29,491 bases of DNA from assembly GCA_035575965.1 (NCBI GenBank), contig DATLXD010000114.1:1-29491 (forward strand), given 5' to 3'. A program made the position numbers and the translations under genes. The notes beneath the pieces were generated by a model that saw only the letters and a program-made list of their open reading frames with translations, made no database searches and was not told where the DNA came from. Shown piece by piece: positions 17,653 through 26,785 of this stretch (position 1 is the stretch's first letter; every line of letters starts with the position of its first letter). Source of the stretch: Pyrinomonadaceae bacterium. GTDB lineage: Bacteria; Acidobacteriota; Blastocatellia; Pyrinomonadales; Pyrinomonadaceae.

Positions 17653-18993
17653 GGCATTTTTGAAAAAAATGCCCCTTTCCTCAAACGAATTGAACATATC
17701 GAAACTTGCACACGCCGGTGCAAGCAAAACTGCGTCGCCATTTTCGGCATTTTCAAAACTTTTCAAAACTGCGCCCGTCATCGAATCGGCACGAACGATT
17801 TCAGCATAATTTTTCATTTGGCTTTCGATATTGTCGGCATCTTCGCCAATCAAAACGAGTTTGCGAACATTTTCCTTTATCAAACGGACGAGCGGTGCAT
17901 ACGGCGAATTTTTTCCGCGCCCGCCCAAAATTAAAATGATTTTGCCGTCCGTTTCCGCTAACGCTTCGAGTGCTTTTTGGGTCGCGTCAACGCTCGTCGC
18001 TTTGGAATCGTTATAAAATTTTACGCCTTCAATTTCCGTTACAAATTCCAAGCGATGTTCAACGGCTTTAAAGTTTCTCAAAGTTTCGCGCATCGAATCG
18101 GGCGATGCGCCGCACGCGAGTCCTGCCGCAAGACTCGCCAAAACATTTTGAACATTGTGAACACCGCGCAAATTCATTTCATCTCGAAAAGCCAAAACTT
18201 TTTCCTTACCGTTTGCCCGACAAACAAGTTCTCGACCGCGCAGAAACAAACCTTCGTCTAGTTCCTTTACGGTTGAAAATAAAACGATATTTGCCCGCAA
18301 ATTTTTTGCCCAACTCGCCGTGATTTCGTCGTCGGCGTTTAGAATCGCAAGATCGTCCGCCGTTTGATTCATAAAAAGACGATGTTTAGCGGCGGCGTAA
18401 TCGGTAAAGAAATCGTAGCGGTCAAGATGATTCGGCGTAACATTCAAAGCAACCGCGACTGCGGGGCGAAAATTCTTAATCGTTTCGAGTTGAAAACTCG
18501 AAAGCTCGCAAACCGTCCAGGTTTCATCGGTCGAGCTTTCTGCCAAACTTATCAAAGGCGTTCCGATATTTCCGCCGACTTGCGCGGTAACACCGGCATT
18601 TTGCAAAAGTTCGCCAATTAAAGTCGTCGTCGTCGTCTTACCGTTCGAGCCTGTAATTCCGACGATTTGACCTTTCAAAAATCTATAAGCTAACTCGACT
18701 TCGCCGATAACTTCACCGTCTTTGCGTTCGACATAACGCGCTGGAACTGTATTTGTCGGAACGCCCGGCGAAATTACAATCAAATCAATCTGGTCAAGCA
18801 ACCAAGAGGGAATTTGCCCGTCGAGAAGTCCGATTTTTTTTTCTTTCAAAGAGCGTGCTTCTTCCGCCCAATCCGCAATCGACTTTTTGTCGTGAAGCGC
18901 GACCGTCGCACCACGCTTCACCAAAAATTCGGCGGAAGCGATGCCGGATTTTCCCGCGCCTAAAACTAAAGTTTTTTTGCCTTGAAGTTCCAA
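17581..18993 (-). CDS. murD: UDP-N-acetylmuramoyl-L-alanine--D-glutamate ligase
   Basis: GAGKSG, GITGSNGKTTTT, ELSSFQL, NDSKAT and PACASFDMF motifs; TTG start. Confidence 0.97.
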   Translation of the reverse strand: MELQGKKTLVLGAGKSGIASAEFLVKRGATVALHDKKSIADWAEEARSLKEKKIGLLDGQIPSWLLDQIDLIVISPGVPTNTVPARYVERKDGEVIGEVELAYRFLKGQIVGITGSNGKTTTTTLIGELLQNAGVTAQVGGNIGTPLISLAESSTDETWTVCELSSFQLETIKNFRPAVAVALNVTPNHLDRYDFFTDYAAAKHRLFMNQTADDLAILNADDEITASWAKNLRANIVLFSTVKELDEGLFLRGRELVCRANGKEKVLAFRDEMNLRGVHNVQNVLASLAAGLACGASPDSMRETLRNFKAVEHRLEFVTEIEGVKFYNDSKATSVDATQKALEALAETDGKIILILGGRGKNSPYAPLVRLIKENVRKLVLIGEDADNIESQMKNYAEIVRADSMTGAVLKSFENAENGDAVLLAPACASFDMFNSFEERGIFFKNAVQSLKSKAQGQSAEQTKILNIGH

Positions 18994-18997
18994 TTTC

Positions 18998-20152
18998 TCA
19001 CCTTAATTTCAATGTCGATAAACTCAACAACGCGAAAAGAATCCCCACAATTACGAATCGAAAAACAATCTTCGGCTCTTTCCAGCCAGCCAGCTGAAAA
19101 TGATGATGCAGCGGCGATTGCAGGAAAATGCGCTTGCCAACTCCGGTTTTCGGATTCTTTGTCAATTTGAAATATGAAACCTGCAGCATCACCGAAAGGG
19201 CTTCGATAATAAAAACGCCGCCGATAAATGGTAAAAGAAATTCCTGTTTGGTCAAAATCGCTACCGTTCCGAGCGCACCGCCGATTGCCAGACTTCCGAC
19301 ATCGCCCATAAAAATCTGCGCGGGCGGCGCATTATACCACAAAAATCCGAGACTTGCGCCGACCATCGCGCCGCAAAAAACCGTCAATTCAGCTGCTTCC
19401 GGTTTGTGCGTGATGTCCAGATATTCAGCCCAGCGACGGTCGCTCGAGACATACGTCAATGCAGTCAAAGCCGACATCGCAATAAACGTGATGCTCGTCG
19501 CTAAGCCGTCCATTCCGTCGGTCAGATTCACCGCGTTTGACGAACCCAAAAGAACAAAAATGATAAAAAGCAAATATGGAAGTGGGCTAATCCAGCTTAC
19601 TGCATCGGTATAATTCGCAATTGCAGTGGCTTTAAAAAACGGAATACTTAGATTCCACGGGTAATTGGCGAAATAATAAAGACAACACCAGACAATAATT
19701 GCAGTTAATAACTGACCCAAAATTTTTTGCCAGCCCGTCAAACCCAGACTGCGCTTTTTGACGATTTTGATGTAATCGTCGGCAAATCCGATGATGCCGA
19801 ACGCAGTCGTCGCGCCCAAAGCCAACCACAAATAAAGACTGTCGAGCCGCGCCCAAAGAAGCGTCGAAAGAAAAACCGCGCCGAGAATTAAAACTCCGCC
19901 CATCGTCGGCGTGCCTTTTTTTGCTTGATGTTCCTCCGAAAGCTCTTCACGGATTTCTTGCCCGTATTTAAGTTCGGCAAGTTTCTTTATCACTTTGCCG
20001 CCAAACAATAGCGAGATAAGCAGCGCGGTAATCGTCGCCCAAGCCGTGCGAAACGTGAGATATTGAAAGACGTTCAAGCCTTTGTAGAAATACGACTCGC
20101 TGCTCGCGCTGTATTGTTTGAAAGCAATTTGATATAAAAGGTAATAAAGCAT
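18998..20152 (-). CDS. mraY: Phospho-N-acetylmuramoyl-pentapeptide transferase
   Basis: [35 protein letters not shown] and SPLHHHF motifs. Confidence 0.98.
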   Translation of the reverse strand: MLYYLLYQIAFKQYSASSESYFYKGLNVFQYLTFRTAWATITALLISLLFGGKVIKKLAELKYGQEIREELSEEHQAKKGTPTMGGVLILGAVFLSTLLWARLDSLYLWLALGATTAFGIIGFADDYIKIVKKRSLGLTGWQKILGQLLTAIIVWCCLYYFANYPWNLSIPFFKATAIANYTDAVSWISPLPYLLFIIFVLLGSSNAVNLTDGMDGLATSITFIAMSALTALTYVSSDRRWAEYLDITHKPEAAELTVFCGAMVGASLGFLWYNAPPAQIFMGDVGSLAIGGALGTVAILTKQEFLLPFIGGVFIIEALSVMLQVSYFKLTKNPKTGVGKRIFLQSPLHHHFQLAGWKEPKIVFRFVIVGILFALLSLSTLKLR

Positions 20153-20158
20153 CTGTTA

Positions 20159-20270
20159 AATTTTGGATTTTAGATTTTGGGTTTGTCCGCCGTCCTTTGT
20201 TTTCCTTTGCCTGAAATTTGAAATCTGCAATCAAAATTAACATCTGCGTTTGTCCGTGTGCATCTGTGTT
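20159..20270. repeat. Composite array at the murF-mraY junction (inverted heptamer arms plus decamer x3)
   Basis: AATTTTG GATTTTA GATTTTG (20159-20179) versus TGAAATT TGAAATC TGCAATC AAAATT (20212-20238); then CATCTGCGTT TGTCCGTGTG CATCTGTGTT (20241-20270). Confidence 0.85.
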
Positions 20271-20271
20271 T

Positions 20272-21726
20272 TCATTTTTCTAAATTAAAATCTTCCAACA
20301 ATTTCTCGATAACTCGTTCCGTCCGCACGCCGCGGGAACCTTTGACCAAAACCAAATCGCCCGCACTTATTTCATTTGCGAGAAATTCGCCAGCTTCGGT
20401 CGAGTCTGCAAAAAATTTTGTTTTGCTCAAACCGTTTTCCTTTGCGCTTTCCGTCAACTCTTTTGCCAAGCCGCGCACGCCGATTAAAAAATCAATGCCG
20501 CTCGACGCAAATTGTTTGCCCGTTTCGCGGTGAATTTCCTTTTCCGTTTCGCCGAGTTCGAGCATTTCACCTGCGACGACGATTTTGCGTTTCGCGGTTT
20601 TTCCGTTGTCAACCAAAGTTTTGACCATTTCCAGAAGTGCCGCCGGATTTGAATTATACGAATCGTTAATGATTGTAAAACCTTCGGCGAAATGCAAAAC
20701 TTCTCCGCGCTGCGCGGGCGGCGCAATCGTTTCGAGAGCTTCTGCGATTTCCCGCGCCGACATTCCGAAACCGAATCCGACAGCCGAAGCCGCGAGCGCA
20801 TTTAAAACATTGTGCCGTCCCGAAAGTTGCAACCTGACATCGGCTTTTTCATTCGGCAAATTCAGAGCGAAATTTGTTTCACCGAATCGTTCCATTTCAA
20901 TTTCACTTGCCGAAACGTCTGCTTTTTGCTCAATTCCGAAAGTTATAGTTTTACCTTTATGAAGTTGGCGCATCGCTAAAACGCGAAAATCATCGGCGTT
21001 TAAGATTGCCGTGCCTTCCGGTTTCATTCCTTCGACGAGTTCGGCTTTGGCTTTTGCAACATTTTCAATCGAGCCGAGATGTTCAACGTGAACGGGCAAC
21101 ACGTTCAGTTCGACGGCAAAATCCGGCGGCGTGATTCCGCACAAACGCGCTATTTCATTCGACGGCGTTGACATTCCCATTTCCAAAACGGCAGCGTCAA
21201 AACTTTTATCTGCGGCGAGCTTTAAAACCGTCAAAGGATGTCCGAGACCGTTATTGTAATTTTTGATGTTTCGCAAAATTTTGCGTCCGGAACTTTGCAA
21301 AACGTGAGCGGTTAATTCTTTTGCCGTCGTTTTGCCCGCGCTTCCCGTAATCGCTACGACGGGCTTGTTCCATTCAAGATAAACGCCGTGCGCCAGATTC
21401 TGCAAAGCCAAAATCGCGTCGCGGACAAAAATTAAGCGGTCTCGAAATTCTTCTAAAACCGCTCGGTGTTCCGCAAATCTGTCGGGACGCGCCACGCAAA
21501 ACGCCGCGCCTCGTTCAAATGCCGACGGAATGTATTGGTGCGAATCTTGGAAATTGCCGTTGAAGCAGTTGTTTTGATATTCGGGCTGCGAGAAGGCAAA
21601 AAAAACTTCGCCTGCCCGGACTTCACGCGAGTCAATCGCAAACGATTGAACTTCCCGTCCAAGCAGAGCGGGATTGAGTTTGGAAGCGTCCGCGTCCATA
21701 TATTTTATGACGGTTTCTAGTTTCAA
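20272..21726 (-). CDS. murF: UDP-N-acetylmuramoyl-tripeptide--D-Ala-D-Ala ligase
   Basis: IDSREV, AITGSAGKTTAKE, NYNNGLG, LEMGM, NDSYNSNP, GEMLELG and VLVKGSRG motifs. TTG start overlaps the ftsI TGA. Confidence 0.95.
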   Translation of the reverse strand: MKLETVIKYMDADASKLNPALLGREVQSFAIDSREVRAGEVFFAFSQPEYQNNCFNGNFQDSHQYIPSAFERGAAFCVARPDRFAEHRAVLEEFRDRLIFVRDAILALQNLAHGVYLEWNKPVVAITGSAGKTTAKELTAHVLQSSGRKILRNIKNYNNGLGHPLTVLKLAADKSFDAAVLEMGMSTPSNEIARLCGITPPDFAVELNVLPVHVEHLGSIENVAKAKAELVEGMKPEGTAILNADDFRVLAMRQLHKGKTITFGIEQKADVSASEIEMERFGETNFALNLPNEKADVRLQLSGRHNVLNALAASAVGFGFGMSAREIAEALETIAPPAQRGEVLHFAEGFTIINDSYNSNPAALLEMVKTLVDNGKTAKRKIVVAGEMLELGETEKEIHRETGKQFASSGIDFLIGVRGLAKELTESAKENGLSKTKFFADSTEAGEFLANEISAGDLVLVKGSRGVRTERVIEKLLEDFNLEK

Positions 21727-23873
21727 TTTACAACACGCGGTCTTTCGGTTGACGATTTATTTTTTGTATCGCCTTTCGACTTTTCTCTATCCAAAATCGG
21801 TTTCGGTTTTCCCGAATTTTTCTCGTCCTTCGGAGACTTATTCGATGATTTACCGGTTTCCGCTTTGATTTCTTTCGGCGGTTTGCCGGGAACGGCTTTT
21901 TCTCTTTCGACAACCTTTTCCTTTTGAGATTTCCTTTCCGGGTTTTCAGTCGCCTTCCTGTCGGTTTTTTCGACCGATTTGGTTTCAGAATTTTTTGTCG
22001 AAGCCGTTTGGGAATCTAAATTCATCGCCGAATCCGTTATCGCGTCCGGTTCGCTCGGAACTTCTTCCTGCGCCGCCGCTTCTGCTGCTGCGATTTCCTC
22101 TTGAGTCGGCATATCGTGCGGCACGTTTAATTCAGGCAGAATTTGCTGTGCGATTTCGCGGAAAACCGGCGCGGAAACTTGTCCGCCGTTGCGCAGCGCG
22201 CCTCTCGGTTCATCCATCACGACTGCAATAACCACAGCCGGATTTTCAGCCGGAGCAAAGCCAACAAACGACGAAGTGTATTTGCTTCCGCTGACTCTCT
22301 TTATTTTAGGGTCGTATTTCCAAGCCGTTCCGGTTTTTCCAGCAGATGAATAGCCGTCGAGCGCGGCTTCTTTTCCTGTTCCGGTCACCACCACTTCGCG
22401 CAGCATTCTGCGCAGGCTGGCGGCGGCTTCCGCGCTGACGACCGTTGTCTTTTCAGGCTCGGCGGCGGAAATCACTATCCCGTCCGCTTGACGAATTTCT
22501 TTTATAATGTGCGGGCGAACTCTCACGCCGTCGTTGGCAATAGCCGCAAAAGCCAGAGCGGTTTGCAAAGAGGTTACGCCGATTTCGTAACCGATTGACA
22601 TCGAAGCCAGCGAATCGCCTTTCCATTTTTCCGTCGGGCGCACCAGTCCGCGCGTTTCCGCCGGAAGCTCGATGCCGCTTACCTCGCCGAAACCGAACTG
22701 ACGAATGTAATTGCTGAATCTGTTTTCGCCGATTTTCAAGCCGGTTTTAATCGCGCCGAGATTGCTGGAAATCGCCATAGCCTTCGTATAAGAAATCGCC
22801 TTGCCGCAATGCTTGTCTTTAAATTCGTGTTTGCCGACTTCGATAGTTCCGTTGCCGCAGCTAAACCACTCGTCAGGCTTAATCAGTTTTTCCTGCAACG
22901 CCGCCCCGTAAGTTACGAGCTTAAAGATCGAACCGGGCGCGAAGCTGCTCTGCACCGCTTTACTCTTATAATTTTCGGTTGGAAAATCGGCGAAATTATT
23001 CGGGTCAAAGCTTGGATAATCCGCCATCGCCAGAATCTCGCCCGTTTTCGGATCAAGCACGATTGCCGTTCCCGATTTCGCGGCGGCGGCTTTGACACCA
23101 GACTTGAGTGCCTCTTCGACTTTGTATTGAATCGAATGGCTAATCGTCAAAACAATGTCTTTCGGCGGTTCGCGCTCTTCTTCGGTTTCAGATTCGTCAT
23201 AAACTCTGCCGAGACGGTCGCGGTCTTGCCATTTCTTGACTGCCGCGCCGCGCAGAAGTGTTTCCTGCGATTGCTCGATTCCGGCTAAACCAACGTCGTC
23301 GGAATTACTGAAACCGATAACTTGCGCTGCCAAATTTTTGTAGGGATAACCGCGTTTTTGTTCATCCTTCCAGTGCAAGCCCGCCAATCGCGGCTCGTCA
23401 TACTTTTTCAAATCAACGTCTTTTAATTCGTCGTTTAATTTCTCGAACGTTTCTTCGTCAACCTTTCGCGCCAGCCAGACAAATCTTTTGTCGCTTTGTT
23501 TGGCTGTCTGCAATTCTCTGAAAACATCGCTCGGTTTAAGTTTAAGTGCGGCGGCGATTTTTTTCGCAGTTCCTTCGACATCTTCGATTTCGGCTGGGTC
23601 GGCAAACAGAGACTTTGTTTCGACGCTCATTGCCAGGGCGCGTTCCGAGCGGTCATAAATCGTGCCGCGCAGCATTTTAGTTTTTATCTGGTCGCGCCTT
23701 TGAACTTGCGCTCGGTCGCGCAGCCATTCGCTTTGGTTGACTTGCAGATGAACCAGCCGCACACCGATTGCGCCAATCCACAAAATAAAAAACGCGACAA
23801 TCAGCATAAAGCGCGTAAATACCGTCTGCATCGGATTTTTTTTGCGTTTGATTTTTTTTAAGCGTTTTGCCAT
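21723..23873 (-). CDS. ftsI: Class B penicillin-binding protein FtsI (PBP3) with long charged C-terminal tail
   Basis: TM anchor, RGTIYDR, catalytic SIFK (SxxK), SSN (SxN) and KTG motifs. Confidence 0.96.
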   Translation of the reverse strand: MAKRLKKIKRKKNPMQTVFTRFMLIVAFFILWIGAIGVRLVHLQVNQSEWLRDRAQVQRRDQIKTKMLRGTIYDRSERALAMSVETKSLFADPAEIEDVEGTAKKIAAALKLKPSDVFRELQTAKQSDKRFVWLARKVDEETFEKLNDELKDVDLKKYDEPRLAGLHWKDEQKRGYPYKNLAAQVIGFSNSDDVGLAGIEQSQETLLRGAAVKKWQDRDRLGRVYDESETEEEREPPKDIVLTISHSIQYKVEEALKSGVKAAAAKSGTAIVLDPKTGEILAMADYPSFDPNNFADFPTENYKSKAVQSSFAPGSIFKLVTYGAALQEKLIKPDEWFSCGNGTIEVGKHEFKDKHCGKAISYTKAMAISSNLGAIKTGLKIGENRFSNYIRQFGFGEVSGIELPAETRGLVRPTEKWKGDSLASMSIGYEIGVTSLQTALAFAAIANDGVRVRPHIIKEIRQADGIVISAAEPEKTTVVSAEAAASLRRMLREVVVTGTGKEAALDGYSSAGKTGTAWKYDPKIKRVSGSKYTSSFVGFAPAENPAVVIAVVMDEPRGALRNGGQVSAPVFREIAQQILPELNVPHDMPTQEEIAAAEAAAQEEVPSEPDAITDSAMNLDSQTASTKNSETKSVEKTDRKATENPERKSQKEKVVEREKAVPGKPPKEIKAETGKSSNKSPKDEKNSGKPKPILDREKSKGDTKNKSSTERPRVVN

Positions 23874-23955
23874 TAATTTTTATAAAATTTTATTCGAGTT
23901 ATTTTCGGCTAATTGTGCGCTATTGCAGAAAATTTTTAGTATGCAACGCTTTATT

Positions 23956-24456
23956 TTACGGCGATCTTCGTGTCTGAGGTTTGTCCGATTTGTCTTTTGT
24001 TTCCGGCGATTTTTTGGTTTTTAACACTTCTCCGAGAGACGTTTCGGCAGTCTTTTTTACAACTTCGATTTTGCTGGAAATCGCTTGTTTTACTTTTTCA
24101 GCGCGTGGTTTTACTGCTGAATTGAAACCGGAGGGAACAGCGGCAATTTTGTTTGCGGTTTCGGTAAAGCCAATTTTCTTGGCGACTTTTTTGATTTCGG
24201 CAGGTGAGAGCGCGATTTCTTTGGCGAGCATAAGCCGTCGTTTGTCTGCTTCGAGTTCATCGAGTTGTCTGCGTAGCCTTGAATTTTTAATACTGTAATC
24301 AATCGAGGAAAAATGCTGGCGCGCAGCGATGAAAAAGCCGGTAATCAGAAACAATCCGCAAATTAGCGTAAAAACGCGGTATCGCCACGGAATCGAGTTG
24401 CCTCCGCGTTGTGTTTTCTTTTTTTGATCGGTCTGGGAAATTTTTTTTCGGCTCAT
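23956..24456 (-). CDS. ftsL: FtsL-like cell division protein with Lys-rich C-terminal extension
   Basis: Lies between rsmH and ftsI. Basic N-terminus, one TM helix, coiled coil (SRLRRQLDELEADKRRLMLAKEIALSPAEIKKVAKKIG). GGAGGAG RBS before ATG 24456. Confidence 0.8.
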   Translation of the reverse strand: MSRKKISQTDQKKKTQRGGNSIPWRYRVFTLICGLFLITGFFIAARQHFSSIDYSIKNSRLRRQLDELEADKRRLMLAKEIALSPAEIKKVAKKIGFTETANKIAAVPSGFNSAVKPRAEKVKQAISSKIEVVKKTAETSLGEVLKTKKSPETKDKSDKPQTRRSP

Positions 24457-24481
24457 GATCTCCTCCAAATAGCGGATTTAT

Positions 24482-25441
24482 CTAATTTAACTTCAAGCAA
24501 GCACGGAGTTTTGCGCTGCGAGCGCGGGGATTTCCGTCTGTTTCTCTTTCGGTCGGCACAATCGGCTTGCGCGTCAAAATTTCGATTTCCGTTTTCGCGC
24601 CGCAAACGCATTGCGGAAATTTCGGCGGACAAAAGCATTTTCCAGACAGTTTCTGCAGCGTCTGTTTAACGATGCGGTCTTCCAAAGAATGAAAAGTTAT
24701 CACCGCAAGTCGTCCGTCCTTTTTCAAAATTTCCACGCCGTCGCGGATAAACCGCTCTAAAATTTCAAGCTCGCCGTTGACCGCAATTCTTAAGGCTTGA
24801 AACGTGCGCGTCGCGGGATGAATCTTATCTTTTTTGCCGCGCCCGACGGCTTTTTCAACTGCTTCGGCAAGTTGTTTCGTCGTTTTAACGGACGCGCCGT
24901 TCTCTCTTCTCTCAACTATTCGCCGTGCTATGCGTCTGGACAATCTTTCTTCGCCATATTCATAAATAATTCGCGCAATCTCAAATTCGGAAAGTGTTTC
25001 GAGCAACTCGGCAGCAGTTTCCGAGTTTGAATTGGGATTCATCCGCATATCGAGCGGCGCATCAAACCTGAAGCTGAAACCGCGTGTCCGGCTGTCAAAC
25101 TGCAATGATGAAACACCCAAATCAGCTAAAACACCATCAACTTTTTCAACTCCGACTTCAGCCAAAACTTGCTTAATGTCGGAAAAATTCGAGTGAAAGA
25201 CATTAAATCTTTCGCCAAAATTACCGAGTCTTTCCTTCGCCATCTCAATCGCTTCCGTGTCTAGGTCAATACCGATGACGCGCGTTTCGTCGTTTGCCGC
25301 CAAAATCGCTTCCGTATGTCCACCCAAACCGAGCGTCGCATCAACAAAAATTTCACCCGCTTGCGGCTTAAGCAATCGCAGAGTTTCGGCAAGCAAAACT
25401 GGTTGATGTATGTTTTTGACTATATTTTTCGGCACTTTCAA
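24482..25441 (-). CDS. rsmH: 16S rRNA m4C1402 methyltransferase
   Basis: HQPVLL, DATLGLGGH, DLGVSSLQ, RGFSF..DAPLDMRM, HPATRTFQALRIAVN, FHSLEDRIVK and NPRARSAKLR motifs. Confidence 0.98.
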   Translation of the reverse strand: MKVPKNIVKNIHQPVLLAETLRLLKPQAGEIFVDATLGLGGHTEAILAANDETRVIGIDLDTEAIEMAKERLGNFGERFNVFHSNFSDIKQVLAEVGVEKVDGVLADLGVSSLQFDSRTRGFSFRFDAPLDMRMNPNSNSETAAELLETLSEFEIARIIYEYGEERLSRRIARRIVERRENGASVKTTKQLAEAVEKAVGRGKKDKIHPATRTFQALRIAVNGELEILERFIRDGVEILKKDGRLAVITFHSLEDRIVKQTLQKLSGKCFCPPKFPQCVCGAKTEIEILTRKPIVPTERETDGNPRARSAKLRACLKLN

Positions 25442-25734
25442 AGAGCAACTATTACGTTTTCAAAGACCAAATTCAGTCACACAAATACACTTAAAGATTT
25501 AGTTTTTCAAAAACCCATAAAAATAATTCTGAAATGAATTTCTTAATTTCCGGCGGAAAACCTAACTCGAACCGCCCTTTTCTCAAACGCCTATTGCTAA
25601 AGATGTTCTGCGCGATACTTTACCATTGACTTGTGCGGAAAGTGCTTAAAATTCTCCATATCTTAAACACTAATTGTGAGAATCTACCCTTTTCCCAAAA
25701 AATACGTTTGGCTGTTTTCAACCGAATACAAAGC

Positions 25735-25764
25735 ATCTTACGATTATTTTTTAAAGTCTGTCAA
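25735..25764 (-). promoter_or_regulatory. Putative sigma70 promoter for the dcw cluster
   Basis: Minus strand TTGACA (25764-25759), 18-nt spacer, TAAGAT (25740-25735). Confidence 0.55.
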
Positions 25765-25922
25765 GGATTATCTACAGATTTTTTGTTTTAATCAGATGCT
25801 TAAAATTTTGCGGCTATTGCAAAGGAAAAACTCACGCATTTATATTTAATTTAAAGTTTTTCTTTCGCAGATGTTTGCGGTAAAGTCTATACTCTATTGT
25901 TTTCCCCGAATGTATCTCGCTT

Positions 25923-26726
25923 ATGACTATTACCTTCATTCAACTTATTGTCTTCGGCGCGGTTGCGGGCTTTGCAAATGTGCTTGGCGGTCTGATTCTT
26001 TTTCCGACGGGAATTCACAAAACTTACAAAAATCTTCTCAAATATGTTTTAGCATTGGGCGCGGGTTTTATGCTTGGCGTAATTTTTATTGATGTTTTGC
26101 CGGAAGTAGTTGAAATTTGGGTGAAACCGGACAATGCAAACGTTAGTGAAGCATTGGTCTTTCCGATGATTCTGCTGCTCATTGGTTATCTCTTGACACA
26201 GTTTTTTGAACATACTATCGCGCCTCATTTTCACTTGGGCGAAGAAATGCACCACGAACATTTGATTTCCACACGCTCGGCTTACACGGCAATCGGCGGA
26301 TTGCTGATTCATACATTTTTCGACGGCGTTTCGATTGCCGCCGCCGCGCAGGTTAATTTCCGCGTCGGAATTTTGGTTTTTATCGCGGTTTTTCTGCACA
26401 AATTTCCCGAAGGCTTTACGATTGCTTCGATGGTTTTAGCCGCTGGAAAAGGTCTCAGGGAAGTTATTCTGGCAACATCTTTAGTGGGTTTGACGACTTT
26501 GCTCGGTGTTTTGATTTTTTATTTTATCGGCGCAAGCGTGGGTTTTACCGTGGCTTACGCGCTTCCGCTGGCAAGCGGCGTAACGCTTTATGTGGCGGCA
26601 AGCGACCTTATTCCCGAAGTCAATCATCACGGCGGAAAACGACCGCTCGTTTCGATGTCGGTGTTCGCCGGAGTTGCATTGTTTTTCCTCGTGCATTACG
26701 CTTTGAATACGATTTTAGAAACTTAG
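25923..26726 (+). CDS. ZIP family divalent metal transporter
   Basis: About 8 TM helices, His-rich loop HFHLGEEMHHEH, TM4 HTFFDG, TM5 HKFPEG, C-terminal LYVAASDLIPE. Confidence 0.92.
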   Translation: MTITFIQLIVFGAVAGFANVLGGLILFPTGIHKTYKNLLKYVLALGAGFMLGVIFIDVLPEVVEIWVKPDNANVSEALVFPMILLLIGYLLTQFFEHTIAPHFHLGEEMHHEHLISTRSAYTAIGGLLIHTFFDGVSIAAAAQVNFRVGILVFIAVFLHKFPEGFTIASMVLAAGKGLREVILATSLVGLTTLLGVLIFYFIGASVGFTVAYALPLASGVTLYVAASDLIPEVNHHGGKRPLVSMSVFAGVALFFLVHYALNTILET

Positions 26727-26785
26727 AACATTGCGATATAAATTTTCGTATCTGATTCAGATTTAGTAAATAGTTTTTAGAAAAA

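Noticed and set aside
10176-20270. Junction repeats as CRISPR or guide-RNA arrays
   Set aside because: Units are 7-10 nt and directly abutting, with no unique spacers; no cas-like or nuclease genes in the window.
25552-25576. GGTTCGA T-loop-like sequence with a GGCGG/CCGCC stem on the minus strand, possible tRNA remnant
   Set aside because: Flanks do not form a T-arm or cloverleaf; only a 5-bp stem with a 15-nt loop.
25626-25652. Plus-strand TTGACT...TAAAAT promoter candidate
   Set aside because: Spacer is only 15 nt and there is no extended -10 motif.
26750-26762. Palindrome ATCTGA-T-TCAGAT between the ZIP and TPM genes
   Set aside because: Short and unique; does not resemble a Zur/Fur box I can recognise.
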